Shown here piece after piece: positions 1 through 10,337 of a stretch of DNA of 64,000 bases. Source of the stretch: Pyrodictiaceae archaeon (GTDB lineage: Archaea > Thermoproteota > Thermoprotei_A > Sulfolobales > Pyrodictiaceae); the NCBI GenBank assembly GCA_027036135.1, contig JALVSY010000007.1, positions 740,880-804,879 on the forward strand, given 5' to 3'. Position 1 is the first letter of the stretch, and every line of letters starts with the position of its first letter. The translations under genes were made by a program, and so were the position numbers. The notes under the pieces are model-generated. The model had not been told where the DNA came from, did no database searches, and saw nothing but the letters and a program-made list of their open reading frames with translations.

Positions 1-2
1 CT

Positions 3-1553
3 GTTCCCCGCGGGGAGAGGGATAGGAGGTGGAGAAGCCAAGTAGTGGTTGCTACCCCTGAGATTGTTCTAAGTGACTGGGATCTCGTAGAGAAGAACCC
101 CGTTGACGCCGTTGTTGTTGATGAGTGCCACCATACTACTGGCAAGGATGCCTACAAGGAGGTAATGAAGAAGCTGAGAGGCGTTGAGTATCGGCTTGGC
201 TTGTCGGCGTTCATTCCTAGGCATCGGAGGAGAGAGATAGAGGAGACTATTGGGGAGATAAGGGAGTGGAGCTGGTCTAGCCCAGATGTAGCCCCGTACA
301 TCCCGCCATGGATAGGCGAGGTATACGAAGCCTCGCTGAACGAGGCCGAGCAGCGCCTCTACAACGCTCTCGAGGAGCTCAGTAACCGAGTGGCTGGTAG
401 GCTACGGGGACTCGTAAGGAATGCTCTCCGCTGGCTAGTACGCGACGGTGCACTCGCCCTAAGGGAGAGCGCGGGGAAGCCGACACTGCTTGCCTCGCTT
501 CTCAGCGAGCTAAGAGAACTAATAGGTGACCCGGGGGTAAGGCCTAGTCACAAGACCGAGCCCTTCAAGAGGATACTACGGGACCACGAGGGCTACTACT
601 CCAAGGCAATAGTATTCATAGACCGTGTGGTTGTTGCCCGGCACGCCTGCGAGGAGGCCAAGAAGCTGGGCTATACCTGCGCCCTCATCCGGGGAAGGAT
701 GCGGGGCCCCGAGCTAAGGAAGGCGCTGGAGGAGGCGGCAAGGCCCGAGACAAGAGTAATCGTTTCAACCTCTGCTGGCGAGGAAGGCATAGACCTGCCT
801 GATGCCGATCTCTTAGTGATGTGGAGTATTACTGCCTCTCCTCTACGCTTCATACAGCGCCACGGGAGAGTGCTTAGGGCTAGGGAGGAGAAGCCCCGTA
901 AGCCGCGCGTGGTGGCCTACATTGTTACGCTCGACACCGTTGATGTTGATAGCTTTGTCGACGCTATAGAGACTGCTAGGAAGATAGGCGTTGATGTACC
1001 TGTTGACCCTGGCGTCGTGGAGGCTCTTTGGCGCCGCACTACCCGGAGCCGGATAATAGCAGTGCTCGAGGGGAATCCAATGACAATAGAGCTGCTCATA
1101 GAGGCTCTCGGCATGCCGCGCGATAGGCTGGAGCGCGACTTGCAGAGGCTTATGCAGAGAGGCGAGGTAGTCTACATCTATACAGCAATAGGCAAGGTCT
1201 ATGCATATAGCGGCGACATAGAGCTATTGGAGGAGAGGTTCCCAGAGTACCTTAGCCCAGAGAAAGGCGCCAAGGCCAGGGCGAAGTACGTTGCTCAGGG
1301 CACTAGTAGGTGGAGCCGGGCAATTAGCGGTGACTACGAGCAACTATATGCCCGCCTATCAAGGGTTGTTGAGAAGACTCCTATCGAGAGGCTACTAGCG
1401 AGCCTAGAGGTTGACACGGGTAAGGGGCTCGTGAGGCTAGTGAACCTACACTATACCTTCCTCATAGACGAGGAGGAGAAACTGGGGCTAGTACTGAGGA
1501 ATGCTTTCTCGGTGCCACGGATAATAAGGGAGCTGGGCACCCTTCCCTCATAG
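3..1553 (+). CDS. SF2 DEAD/DEAH-box helicase (Hef/XPB-like) with C-terminal wHTH; 5'-truncated by the window edge
   Basis: Motifs VATPE, DECHH (II), GLSA (III), STSAGEEGIDLP (V), QRHGRVLR (VI); frame is open back to nt 3 and motif I is absent, so the gene starts upstream. Confidence 0.85.
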   Translation, partial: VPRGERDRRWRSQVVVATPEIVLSDWDLVEKNPVDAVVVDECHHTTGKDAYKEVMKKLRGVEYRLGLSAFIPRHRRREIEETIGEIREWSWSSPDVAPYIPPWIGEVYEASLNEAEQRLYNALEELSNRVAGRLRGLVRNALRWLVRDGALALRESAGKPTLLASLLSELRELIGDPGVRPSHKTEPFKRILRDHEGYYSKAIVFIDRVVVARHACEEAKKLGYTCALIRGRMRGPELRKALEEAARPETRVIVSTSAGEEGIDLPDADLLVMWSITASPLRFIQRHGRVLRAREEKPRKPRVVAYIVTLDTVDVDSFVDAIETARKIGVDVPVDPGVVEALWRRTTRSRIIAVLEGNPMTIELLIEALGMPRDRLERDLQRLMQRGEVVYIYTAIGKVYAYSGDIELLEERFPEYLSPEKGAKARAKYVAQGTSRWSRAISGDYEQLYARLSRVVEKTPIERLLASLEVDTGKGLVRLVNLHYTFLIDEEEKLGLVLRNAFSVPRIIRELGTLPS

Positions 1554-1607
1554 CGACGAGTGCTTATACCTAGGAGGCTCTGCTTCAGGTTGTGGGGAGA
1601 AAGAGGT

Positions 1608-1853
1608 GTGCCTGAGCAGCGGCTAGGCTCCGAGACTATTAGGTCCCTCGTATCGCTAGTACTGGGGCTAATCACTCTGTACCTTGGTTACCGGTTCTTC
1701 ATGTATAGCTTGAGCTTCCTCGCGGCCGAGCCGCCACGAGTCACTGCCGGGCTCATGGCGGGCCTGGCAGGGTTCACGTTCACAGCTGCTGCTGTAACCC
1801 TCTTACGGGACTGGATAATAGTTGAGAAAGCTGGGCGGAGCGAGAAGAGCTAG
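1608..1853 (+). CDS. Small two-TM membrane protein
   Basis: Two hydrophobic segments; GTG at 1608 after purine-rich GGGGAGAAAGAGGT (track start 1560). Confidence 0.6.
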   Translation: MPEQRLGSETIRSLVSLVLGLITLYLGYRFFMYSLSFLAAEPPRVTAGLMAGLAGFTFTAAAVTLLRDWIIVEKAGRSEKS

Positions 1854-1901
1854 GCTTCCTCTCAACCAGCGGCTCCTTATCACTACCTGGCTGCGGCTAG
1901 T

Positions 1902-2255
1902 TTAGTCCTGCTTGGCTGAGGGCCCGCATTCGAGCACCGTCTCTGACTCTATCTCGACAGCGCCGTGGACTCCGCGGAGAATAACTCTCACCCTTTCAGG
2001 CTTTGCTGCCTCGCAGATGTCGCGGGCTATCCTACTGGTTATGTGCTCCTGGTAGTCCCGTGTGTTCTTGAAGCTCTCCAGGTATTCTTGGAAACTATAG
2101 GCCCCCACGTACAGCTTCTCACTACTGGGTACGTACTCAACGAATACCTCGTAGCGATCAACTAGCCCCGTTAGCGGGCAAACAGCATCAAACACGCTTC
2201 GCAGAGTCACCTTGCCTGCCCCGTCCTCTATACGGATAGTTTTTATACTCACCAT
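1902..2255 (-). CDS. QueF-like (QueF-L) T-fold amidinotransferase, archaeosine synthesis
   Basis: 117 aa from ATG 2255: [31 protein letters not shown] matches the crenarchaeal QueF-L pattern (CPxT/S-G, D, E); the track's N-terminal extension to 2669 is antisense shadow of moxR. Confidence 0.8.
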   Translation of the reverse strand: MVSIKTIRIEDGAGKVTLRSVFDAVCPLTGLVDRYEVFVEYVPSSEKLYVGAYSFQEYLESFKNTRDYQEHITSRIARDICEAAKPERVRVILRGVHGAVEIESETVLECGPSAKQD

Positions 2256-2430
2256 TTTACTCGCCCCGTGGAGGCTTTGTGGCCTAAACCTACCAGGGGA
2301 TAAAACTAGCGCCCATAGCTGCACAAGTGAGGGCAGGGCACTCTTACCCCGGAACCCATTATGCCACGTTGTGGGAGAGGTACTGATAAGGAGGGGTTCT
2401 CGGAGAGAATATGGTTCCCGGGCATGGATT

Positions 2431-3396
2431 GTGACGAGTGCTGGAAGCAAGATTAGCGCTATTATCAGGGTTAGTAAGCTTGCTGACCGGGTTCTTGGTG
2501 AGGTCTCGAAGGTTGTATATGGCCTCGAGAACGAGACAAGGATTATTCTTGCATCACTTATTGTTGGCGGCCATGTTCTTATAGAGGGTGTGCCCGGAGT
2601 AGCTAAGACTACTCTCGCAAAAGCTATTGCATCGTCTCTTGACCTAAAGTTTAAGCGTATACAGTTCACCCCGGATCTCTTGCCAAGCGATATTATAGGT
2701 ACCTTAATATTTGATCAAAGGACCGGTGAGTTTAGGCTACGCAAGGGACCGATATTCGGCAACATAGTGCTTGCCGACGAGATTAACAGGGCAAGCCCAC
2801 GGACACAATCAGCACTACTAGAAGCGATGCAGGAGAGACAAGTAAGCATCGAGGGTAATGCGCTCCGCCTCCCGGAGCCTTTCATGGTCATTGCTACCCA
2901 GAACCCCGTGGAGCTGGAGGGTACCTTCCCGCTCCCGGAGGCGCAGCTAGACAGATTCCTTGTCAAGGTGCCTATTCGTAGACCCGGCCGCGGCGTGCTG
3001 AAGAGGGTTCTGAAGAGTCTTCGCGTCATAGAGCAGTGGCCGATAAGCCCTGTAGCTGGTGCAAAGGATGTACTAGAGGCCCGGGAAGCCGTGTGGAGTG
3101 TTGAGGTCTCCGAGCCCGTTATCGACTATATAATCGACCTCGTGGATGCTACTCACGAGTACCCCGGAGTAGAGCTCGGCGCTAGTCCCCGCGCAGCTAT
3201 TGCTTTACAACAACTAGCCAGGGCACTAGCAGCCATGGCCGGCCGCGACTACGTTATACCAGATGATGTGAAGGTTGCCGCGAGGTATGTGCTACCGCAC
3301 CGCATAGTATTAGCCCCGGAGGCCGAGGCTGAGGGGCTTACGCCCGAGGCCGTGGTTGGGAGCATTCTCGAGAAGACCCGCGTGCCCATACCCTAG
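2431..3396 (+). CDS. moxR: MoxR family AAA+ ATPase
   Basis: [71 protein letters not shown]; start approximate. Confidence 0.92.
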   Translation: MTSAGSKISAIIRVSKLADRVLGEVSKVVYGLENETRIILASLIVGGHVLIEGVPGVAKTTLAKAIASSLDLKFKRIQFTPDLLPSDIIGTLIFDQRTGEFRLRKGPIFGNIVLADEINRASPRTQSALLEAMQERQVSIEGNALRLPEPFMVIATQNPVELEGTFPLPEAQLDRFLVKVPIRRPGRGVLKRVLKSLRVIEQWPISPVAGAKDVLEAREAVWSVEVSEPVIDYIIDLVDATHEYPGVELGASPRAAIALQQLARALAAMAGRDYVIPDDVKVAARYVLPHRIVLAPEAEAEGLTPEAVVGSILEKTRVPIP

Positions 3397-3524
3397 CACT
3401 CTGTCCCCGTGGATGCATAACGGGGGCTCCTTATCGCTGAGCTGCGAACTATTCTCGGCGTACTTTGCTACGGAAGAGTTTTTCTAGAATACATATCACT
3501 ACAATAAATCGGTGTATTTACCGT

Positions 3525-4490
3525 TTGGTTATCGAAGCGCGCGAGATAGTATCAATGATCAAGGATAGTATGGAGCAACGAGGCTTACCATTACCCGTTA
3601 GCCGGGAGGCCATCTACGAGTGGAGCCGTGGCCTAGGTCTTCCGTCCAGCGGTGATTACCTCCTCTATACTGGTGGCTTGTACCAGCTCCTCCCCTATAT
3701 TGAGAGCCTTGTTATCCAGCTGGAGAAGGTTGGGAAGAGCAGTGTTGGCGGCTTCGCCCTAAAGCTCGCCAAGAAGGTCATGAAGGTTGTTGATGTCTCT
3801 AAGCTGGTTAGCAAGCCCGATAAGGAGGCCAAGAAGTACAGCGAGCAAGTCCTACAGAGCATAGCTCGGCTACTCTCGGCCGCGAGTATAAGCTTCTACT
3901 ATGACCCCGAGCTAGACGGGTATAGTGGTGCTCTTCTCTACGACATGGGTCTCCTCAAGAGCTTCCGGAGACACGCAGAGAGAGTCTACGAGGCGTTCAG
4001 GTCACGTGGAGTAAGGAGAATAGTCACCATCGACCCCCATACCACACATATGCTTCGCTCAGTCTACCCCAAGGTCCTGAGCGGCTACGAGCTAGAGGTT
4101 CGCTCCTACCTAGAGCTATTAGCAGAGAACCTTGACAAGCTCCGCTTCAAAACGAGTAGTGCCGGGCCAGTCGTTATCCACGACCCATGCCTCTATGCCC
4201 GCTTCGAGAACGTCATAGAGGAGCCTAGGAAGCTACTAAGCGCCGCTGGCTACGACGTCAAGGAGCCGCGCAGGAGTCGCAGGCTAACATACTGCTGCGG
4301 CGGCCCAGTAGAGTCCCTAGCACCAAGCCTCTCAAAGAGAATAGCTATGAACAGGGTAGAGGAGCTAATGGAGTACGCTAGCACAATAGTGACCCTCTGC
4401 CCTATCTGTTATGCTAATCTCCACCGTGTCGCTCCGAGGAACGTGCGCGTAGCGGATATCTCGGTACTGCTCTCCGAGAGGCTTGAATAA
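3525..4490 (+). CDS. CCG-domain (Fe-S)-binding oxidoreductase subunit (LutA/GlpC/HdrD-like)
   Basis: TIDPH, HDPCLYAR, YCCGG, CPICYANL; adjacent to LutB-like gene; start approximate (track 3465). Confidence 0.8.
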   Translation: MVIEAREIVSMIKDSMEQRGLPLPVSREAIYEWSRGLGLPSSGDYLLYTGGLYQLLPYIESLVIQLEKVGKSSVGGFALKLAKKVMKVVDVSKLVSKPDKEAKKYSEQVLQSIARLLSAASISFYYDPELDGYSGALLYDMGLLKSFRRHAERVYEAFRSRGVRRIVTIDPHTTHMLRSVYPKVLSGYELEVRSYLELLAENLDKLRFKTSSAGPVVIHDPCLYARFENVIEEPRKLLSAAGYDVKEPRRSRRLTYCCGGPVESLAPSLSKRIAMNRVEELMEYASTIVTLCPICYANLHRVAPRNVRVADISVLLSERLE

Positions 4491-4492
4491 CC

Positions 4493-5704
4493 ATGAGCGT
4501 GAAGAGGATTACCTATAAGGAGGCCCTAGAGGAGATCTGCAAGGGTCTTGGCGACGAGGAGTTTCAGAGAGGGCTGCGCACTGGTGTCCGGAACGCTGAG
4601 GGTAAGTTCCTGAAGATACTTGATGCTCACCCCGAGCTACGCGAGCTAGCCAGCATGGTTGAGGATGCGAAGAAGAAGGTAATAAGCAACCTTGAGCACT
4701 ACATAGACATGGCCATGGAGTCTCTCAAGAAGGTCCACGCTAAGCCATACTTCGCCCACACAGCCGAGGAGGCTCGAGAAATAGTAGCGAAGATAATTGG
4801 ACGAGGCAAGACAATAGTCTTCTCCAAGAGCATGGTTGCCGAGGAGATCCAGCTCCAGCACTACCTAGAGGAACTCGGCAACGAGGTATGGGAGACCGAT
4901 ACAGGTGAATTCCTCATAAGGCTGGCAGGCAGCAAGCCAATGCACACCACCGCGCCAGCAATCCACTTGTCTAGGCAGAAGGCCATAGAGCTTCTACGAA
5001 AGAAGCTCGGAATAAAACTCCCCGACAACGCTATGCACGAGGAAATAGTGGGCGCGATAAGGAAGTTCCTCAGAGAAAAATTCGCCAAAGCAGACATAGG
5101 CATTAGCGGTGGCAACGCGCTCGCAGCCGACACGGGCTCAATAATACTCGTCGAGAACGAGGGCAACATCCGCCTCGTCACAGGGTACCCGCCAGTACAC
5201 ATCGCGGTAATAAGCGTAGAGAAAATACTGCCAACATTCCCCGTAGCACTAGCAGCAGCAATAGTACAAGCAGCATGGGCGGGCCTCTACCCACCAACCT
5301 ACCTCAACGTGATAAGCGGGCCAAGCTCAACCTCGGACATAGAGAGGAAACGCGTCTACGGGGCACACGGGCCACAGGAAGTTCACGTAGTACTAGTAGA
5401 CAATGGCCGAGTCGAAGCGGCCAAACACCCAGTACTAAGCGGGCAACTCAAGTGCATAAAGTGCGGTAGATGTCAATGGGAGTGCCCAGTGTGGCAACAA
5501 ACAGCAAACCTCTGGGGAGGCCCAGTCTACGGTGGCCCAATGGGAATGGGCTGGACAGCCATAACACTAGGCCTACGAGACGCAGCAGAACTAAGCATGT
5601 TATGCCTAGGCTGCGGAAGATGCGATGAAGTCTGCCCAGTCCACGTACCCCTATCAAGCATAATCCACTGGCTAAAACAACAATACACCGGCGAAGGAGA
5701 ATAA
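4493..5704 (+). CDS. lutB: LUD-domain lactate utilisation protein B-like with 2x[4Fe-4S]
   Basis: KSMVAEEI, ETDTGEF, PAIH, ENEGN, ISGPSST, HGPQEVHVVLVDNGR, CIKCGRCQWECPV, CLGCGRCDEVCPV. Confidence 0.85.
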   Translation: MSVKRITYKEALEEICKGLGDEEFQRGLRTGVRNAEGKFLKILDAHPELRELASMVEDAKKKVISNLEHYIDMAMESLKKVHAKPYFAHTAEEAREIVAKIIGRGKTIVFSKSMVAEEIQLQHYLEELGNEVWETDTGEFLIRLAGSKPMHTTAPAIHLSRQKAIELLRKKLGIKLPDNAMHEEIVGAIRKFLREKFAKADIGISGGNALAADTGSIILVENEGNIRLVTGYPPVHIAVISVEKILPTFPVALAAAIVQAAWAGLYPPTYLNVISGPSSTSDIERKRVYGAHGPQEVHVVLVDNGRVEAAKHPVLSGQLKCIKCGRCQWECPVWQQTANLWGGPVYGGPMGMGWTAITLGLRDAAELSMLCLGCGRCDEVCPVHVPLSSIIHWLKQQYTGEGE

Positions 5705-5754
5705 GAAGCAAACAACAAAGCCAACACTGATTCTATGTTTTATTCCTTGATGCT

Positions 5755-6783
5755 TTACTTGATTCTTAGCCTACTAGCTGCTCTATGATATATGGGGTCA
5801 AGGAAGCGATAGTCTTGTATTATGCTTAACTTTTCCAGTTTTTTTATGATCCTCGTTAGCGTTGATTTGGGCACAGTAACTCCCTCTTTCTCTTCAATAT
5901 ATCTCCTTACCGATGACCAGGTGCTTGCTCCCTCAGCTATGGCCTTTAGAACTAGTTTCTCACGAGGACGCAGGTTCTCTAGCTCTTTAGCTGCTAGGTT
6001 TATTACAGCATCAAGTATTCGGTTGAAATCCCTTACTCCATCGATATATGATTTTCCGAAGTACACGAGCCAGCCAACAATACCATCGAAGATGTTAACA
6101 GCCTTTTCTATAAGATCCTTACTGGGTCTTATCCCTTGTTCCATGAATCCCTTTTCTAGGAAGTCCCTTGACATTTGTGGAGTAAAGCGCTCTACTAGGA
6201 GCTCTAGCGCATATCGCCCGTAAAGAGGTGAATCAGGATTATCTGTACCAATGAACTCTCTTAGTAGCCCTATCTCCGAGCCACTTAGTACTATGGTTAT
6301 GTTCTCGAGGTTATCATATGCATAGGCTATTGCGCGTTTTACCTCAATTGATATTGGCGGTCTTATTAGCTGAGCCTCGTCAAACACAATTATTATCCTC
6401 TTGTCATGCTTATTAAGTTCCTCTAGTAGCCCTACGAGGCTTATTGAGTCTCTACCACGCCAACGTATCTCAACCTCGGCACCAAGAACACGTATACCCC
6501 TGATACTTTTCACTATATCCCTTAGCTTACCAAGGTGAGACGTAATACCGTCACTTATCCTGCTATAGAGCTCAGCTAAGCTACTTACACCCCTCATATC
6601 TATGTAGATTCCGCGCCACTCCTCAAGAAATGATCGAAGAAGCGAAGTCTTACCGATACGCCTTATACCAAGAACAAGCACTAGCGGCTCTCCGCGCTCT
6701 GCAGCACGGTCTAGTAATGTAAGCTCCTTCTCTCTGTCAAAGAGTTCTAGCCTAGACGTCTTAGGCCGGGGATCAAAAAGCAC
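5755..6783 (-). CDS. Archaeal AAA/STAND-like ATPase (Arch_ATPase family) with C-terminal wHTH
   Basis: MLFDPRPK..LFDREKE start, Walker A GIRRIGKTS, Walker B IVFDEAQ, SGSEIG, SPLYGR, C-terminal HTH (KSTLTRIIKKLEK); AT-richer than neighbours. Confidence 0.88.
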   Translation of the reverse strand: MLFDPRPKTSRLELFDREKELTLLDRAAERGEPLVLVLGIRRIGKTSLLRSFLEEWRGIYIDMRGVSSLAELYSRISDGITSHLGKLRDIVKSIRGIRVLGAEVEIRWRGRDSISLVGLLEELNKHDKRIIIVFDEAQLIRPPISIEVKRAIAYAYDNLENITIVLSGSEIGLLREFIGTDNPDSPLYGRYALELLVERFTPQMSRDFLEKGFMEQGIRPSKDLIEKAVNIFDGIVGWLVYFGKSYIDGVRDFNRILDAVINLAAKELENLRPREKLVLKAIAEGASTWSSVRRYIEEKEGVTVPKSTLTRIIKKLEKLSIIQDYRFLDPIYHRAASRLRIK

Positions 6784-6784
6784 A

Positions 6785-6817
6785 GTTCCGCACCGGAACT
6801 CAGTTCCGGTGCGGAAC
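6785..6817. promoter_or_regulatory. Perfect 16-bp inverted repeat built from two GTTCCG-N3-CGGAAC palindromes; putative operator
   Basis: GTTCCGCACCGGAACT-C-AGTTCCGGTGCGGAAC immediately upstream of the GTG start at 6783. Confidence 0.6.
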
Positions 6818-7123
6818 CAATAATTAAGATATCGGTAAAGATGAGGCAAAATACTACGTATACAACATGTCCATTAAACACAAGAATATTATAGCTCTAT
6901 CAATCATACTTACAATTCTTTATCGAGTTAGCCTCTAGTGTACTATAGATCCGATAGAAAGAATTTATTACTATTTAATCAATGTTCTGAGAAAACAATT
7001 CTGCTAGAAAGTGAACCTAGAAAGGGAACTAGAATTTAAAATATGATTGGAGGGATTTGGTAAGACAATGAACCAAACGAATTAATTATGACCAAAGATT
7101 CGCTCTAATGGATACCGTGCTAG

Positions 7124-8257
7124 CTAGAATATTAGTGGTAGTATGTCTCCTGCTCCTCCGTGGAATTTTCCGCGTATGTTTATCTTGTAGCCGCATCTCG
7201 GGCATTTGTTGTCCTTTGTTAGTCTCCACGCTATTATTGCGAAGCCTCTTCTCTCTATTACTTTGTAGCCGCATTGTGGGCAGTAGGTGCTTTCGAGTGG
7301 GTGTCCCCAGACGTTGCCTATGTATACGTAGTGTAGTCCTTGCTCCTTGGCTATCTTGGCTAGTTTCTCTAGTGTCTCTACGGGGGTTGGTGGTAGGTTT
7401 GTGAGCCGGTAGTCTGGGTGGAAGCGTAGTAAGTGGAATGGGGTCTCGGGGCCTAGGTTTTCTACTATCCACCTGGCTAGTCGGCGTACGTCTTCCTCCT
7501 TGTCGCCGTACTTGGGTACTACGAGGTTTGTTATCTCTATGAACCAGCCCTGTTTCTTCATCTCTAGGAGGGCATCATATATGGGTGAGGGATCTGGTAC
7601 TCCCATGAATTTTTTGTAGAACTCGGGGTTTCCTCCTCCCTTGAAGTCCACTGTTACACCGTCCATGTAGTTTCCTAGCATCCTTATTGCCTCTGGTGTC
7701 ATGTAGCCGTTGGTCACCATGACGTTGTATAAGCCTTTCTGCTTTGCCAGTTTCGCGACGTCGTACATATACTCGAAGAATATTGTTGGCTCGTTGTAGG
7801 TGTATGCTATCCCGTCCGCGCCGTACTCGAGGGCAGCCTCAACTACTTTCTCGGGGGGCACGTAGCGGCCATAGAGGCCTCGTTCTAGCCTTGACTGGCT
7901 TATTTCCCAGTTTTGGCAGAATTGGCAGAAGAAGTTGCAACCCACAGTGCTTATTGAGAGTACGCTGCTCCCGGGCTCGAAGTGGAAGAGGGGCTTCTTC
8001 TCTATGGGGTCAATGTTCATTGCCGTGAGTAGGCCGTAGACAAGGGTGTATAGTTTCCCGCCGATATTCTTACGGACGCCGCATACACCATACTTGCCCG
8101 GGGCTATTATGCAGCGCCTAGCGCAGAGGTTGCAGCGCACATAGCCCTTCTCGCCATGGTACTCCACTGGCTCCCATAGGACTGCTTCTCTCACGTAGGG
8201 CTTCTTTAGTAGCTCCTCGTTGCTCGGTCTCCTCTCCTCGCTTAAGCCTATGGCCAA
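7124..8257 (-). CDS. AmmeMemoRadiSam system radical SAM enzyme (PFL-activase-like)
   Basis: CNLCARRC..GVCGVR, DPIEKKPLFHF, GCNFFCQFCQNWEISQ, YTYNEP, RFHPDY, TYCPQCG..CPRCG. Confidence 0.92.
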   Translation of the reverse strand: MAIGLSEERRPSNEELLKKPYVREAVLWEPVEYHGEKGYVRCNLCARRCIIAPGKYGVCGVRKNIGGKLYTLVYGLLTAMNIDPIEKKPLFHFEPGSSVLSISTVGCNFFCQFCQNWEISQSRLERGLYGRYVPPEKVVEAALEYGADGIAYTYNEPTIFFEYMYDVAKLAKQKGLYNVMVTNGYMTPEAIRMLGNYMDGVTVDFKGGGNPEFYKKFMGVPDPSPIYDALLEMKKQGWFIEITNLVVPKYGDKEEDVRRLARWIVENLGPETPFHLLRFHPDYRLTNLPPTPVETLEKLAKIAKEQGLHYVYIGNVWGHPLESTYCPQCGYKVIERRGFAIIAWRLTKDNKCPRCGYKINIRGKFHGGAGDILPLIF

Positions 8258-8386
8258 GACATGTGTCCCCGAGTGTATAGGGGTTGTAGGAACTCTGTAT
8301 AAGTAACCCGAAGTACACTGGGCTGTAGATACTTTAACGACGAAGAGCAGGGGAGTAGATACCAGTACTGTTGCACAAGTTAGTAA

Positions 8387-9805
8387 CTAGACTAGTCCCT
8401 GTTTTCCCAGTTTTTCTCTGTACCGTTTATAGCGTAGCATAGCGGCTAGGCTACCTACTGCTCTCTCCGGGCTAGGGTATGCTGGTATGTGTTCTCGGTT
8501 CAGTACCTTCATTGCCTCGTAGGTCTCTATGCCGCCGACCATTGCTACGAGTAGTGGCTTGTTCTTGTCGCGGTACTCCTTGGCTACATCGGTTATTGCT
8601 TTTGCTAGGTCTATTGGGTCTAGTACCGCGGTCTGACAATAGAGTACGACTATGTTGTCTACCTTGTCTGACTCGTAAGCTACTCTTAGTGCTGCGACGT
8701 AATTGTCTACCCCGGCTTGGCCGGAGAGGTCTACTGGGTTCTTGGGGCTACCGAACCAGGGCATTGTTTTTCGGAACTTCTCTATCAACTCGTTATCGGG
8801 TTGTAGTAGGGGTACACCGTGTAGCTCTGCGGCATCGGTTGCTAGTACTCCTACCCCGCCGCCATTGGTTATGATGACCGTGTTCTCGCCTGGTGGGAGC
8901 GGCTGGGTTGCGAAGGCTCTTGCCCAGTCGAACATCTCTTCCACAGTCTCTGCTCTCAGTATACCTGCCTGCTTGAACCCAGCGCTGTAGAGCGTGTCTG
9001 CTCCTGCTAGGCTTCCAGTGTGGCTCGCTACCGCAGCTGCTCCTCGCCTCGTTCTGCCAGCCTTTATGACTATTACGGGCTTCTTCGCCGTGACCCTCTT
9101 CATTGCCTCTATGAATCTCTGCCCAGTGCCTGGCTTCAATCCCTCAAGGTAAATAGCTATGACCCTCGTGTGTGGGTCGTCTGCCAGCCACTCGGAGACC
9201 TCAACCACATCTATATCGGCCATGTTGCCCATGCTCACGACTGCGCTGAGTCCTAGCTCGTTCATAGCAGTCCAGCCCATCAATGCTATGCCGAGGGCCC
9301 CACTCTGCGTGATGAATGCTATGTTTCCTTTCCTAATCCTGCTGGGCCCGAAGGTAGCGTTCATCCCTATAGGGGTATAGGCTACGCCAAAGATGTTGGG
9401 GCCTAGGACCCTCATCCCATACCTCCGGGCTATCTTGACGAGCTCCTCCTCTGCCTCCCTGTTACCTACCTCGGAGAACCCCGCCGTTATGACAACGAGT
9501 ACCTTGACGCCCTTCTCGCCACACTCCCGAGCAACCCTATTCACTATACCAACAGGTACAGCAATGACCGCCATGTCTACCTCATCGGGTATATCAAGCA
9601 CGCTTGGATAAGCCTTGAGCCCCAGGATCTCCTTCGCGAAAGGGTTCACAGGGTAAATCTTACCCGTGTACCCGGACTCTATCAGGTTACGGACAATCGT
9701 GTAACCTATTTTCCCGGGATGCCTAGACGCGCCTATCACGGCTATGCTGCGTGGATTAAACAATGCATCAAGAGGGCTACGCGGCTTCAAGGCTAGTAAG
9801 GACAC
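8387..9805 (-). CDS. acdA: Acetate--CoA ligase (ADP-forming) alpha subunit
   Basis: PRSIAVIGAS, YPVNP, ITAGFSE, LGPNIFG, TQSGALG, KAGRT..ASHTGSLAG, TNGGGVG, NPVDL; GTG 9805 follows GGAG. Confidence 0.9.
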   Translation of the reverse strand: MSLLALKPRSPLDALFNPRSIAVIGASRHPGKIGYTIVRNLIESGYTGKIYPVNPFAKEILGLKAYPSVLDIPDEVDMAVIAVPVGIVNRVARECGEKGVKVLVVITAGFSEVGNREAEEELVKIARRYGMRVLGPNIFGVAYTPIGMNATFGPSRIRKGNIAFITQSGALGIALMGWTAMNELGLSAVVSMGNMADIDVVEVSEWLADDPHTRVIAIYLEGLKPGTGQRFIEAMKRVTAKKPVIVIKAGRTRRGAAAVASHTGSLAGADTLYSAGFKQAGILRAETVEEMFDWARAFATQPLPPGENTVIITNGGGVGVLATDAAELHGVPLLQPDNELIEKFRKTMPWFGSPKNPVDLSGQAGVDNYVAALRVAYESDKVDNIVVLYCQTAVLDPIDLAKAITDVAKEYRDKNKPLLVAMVGGIETYEAMKVLNREHIPAYPSPERAVGSLAAMLRYKRYREKLGKQGLV

Positions 9806-10212
9806 CTCCCAGGGATAAGAGGTAAGTGCTCTGGGCAAAAACGTTTTGGCACCACAACGTTTTAATAAATAAATCGCCGAATAGAGAAAATAACTAGCTG
9901 AAACAGACTCTAGAGTACAGGGATACCGAGAATACGGGTTCTTGTTCATTGATTGAGAAAAAAGGGAACCAGGTTAGCACCCCTTACCTTGTTGAGCGCG
10001 AGTCGAGTAGGGCAAATGTGCACACGGCTAGAAAGTTGGTAGCAAGGGTCTCAGCATTTTTCCTTGAGGAAAGACTAGATATAAAATATATCATTCATGC
10101 TAGGCGGGCCAGGAGCTTACCAAGCAATGTCGAGCTTTTCCCCTTAGACGATATCAGGGAAGGCATAGGAAGGAGGAAGCACTACTTGTCAAGCCAGTAG
10201 CGTAGCTCGGGG

Positions 10213-10304
10213 GACCTTGGTGGCTCGGTCCCGCCGAGGACCCCTTCCTCACCCCCTGGGGGCTCCTCGGTGAAAGGGCGTCCCTCCTCATCACCACCGA
10301 GATC
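10213..10304 (-). ncRNA. Possible structured ncRNA (box C/D-like)
   Basis: GTGATGA-N17-CCGA...GTGAGGA-N17-CCGA flanked by GATCTCGGTGG/CCACCAAGGTC (10 of 11 pairs); a 43-codon ORF is an alternative reading. Confidence 0.25.
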
Positions 10305-10337
10305 TCTGTTCATGTACTGAGAGGGTTGTTTTCTTGG

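Noticed and set aside
9949-10200. 83-aa plus-strand ORF between acdA and panB
   Set aside because: No recognisable motif or SD; covers probable promoter-type AT-rich sequence
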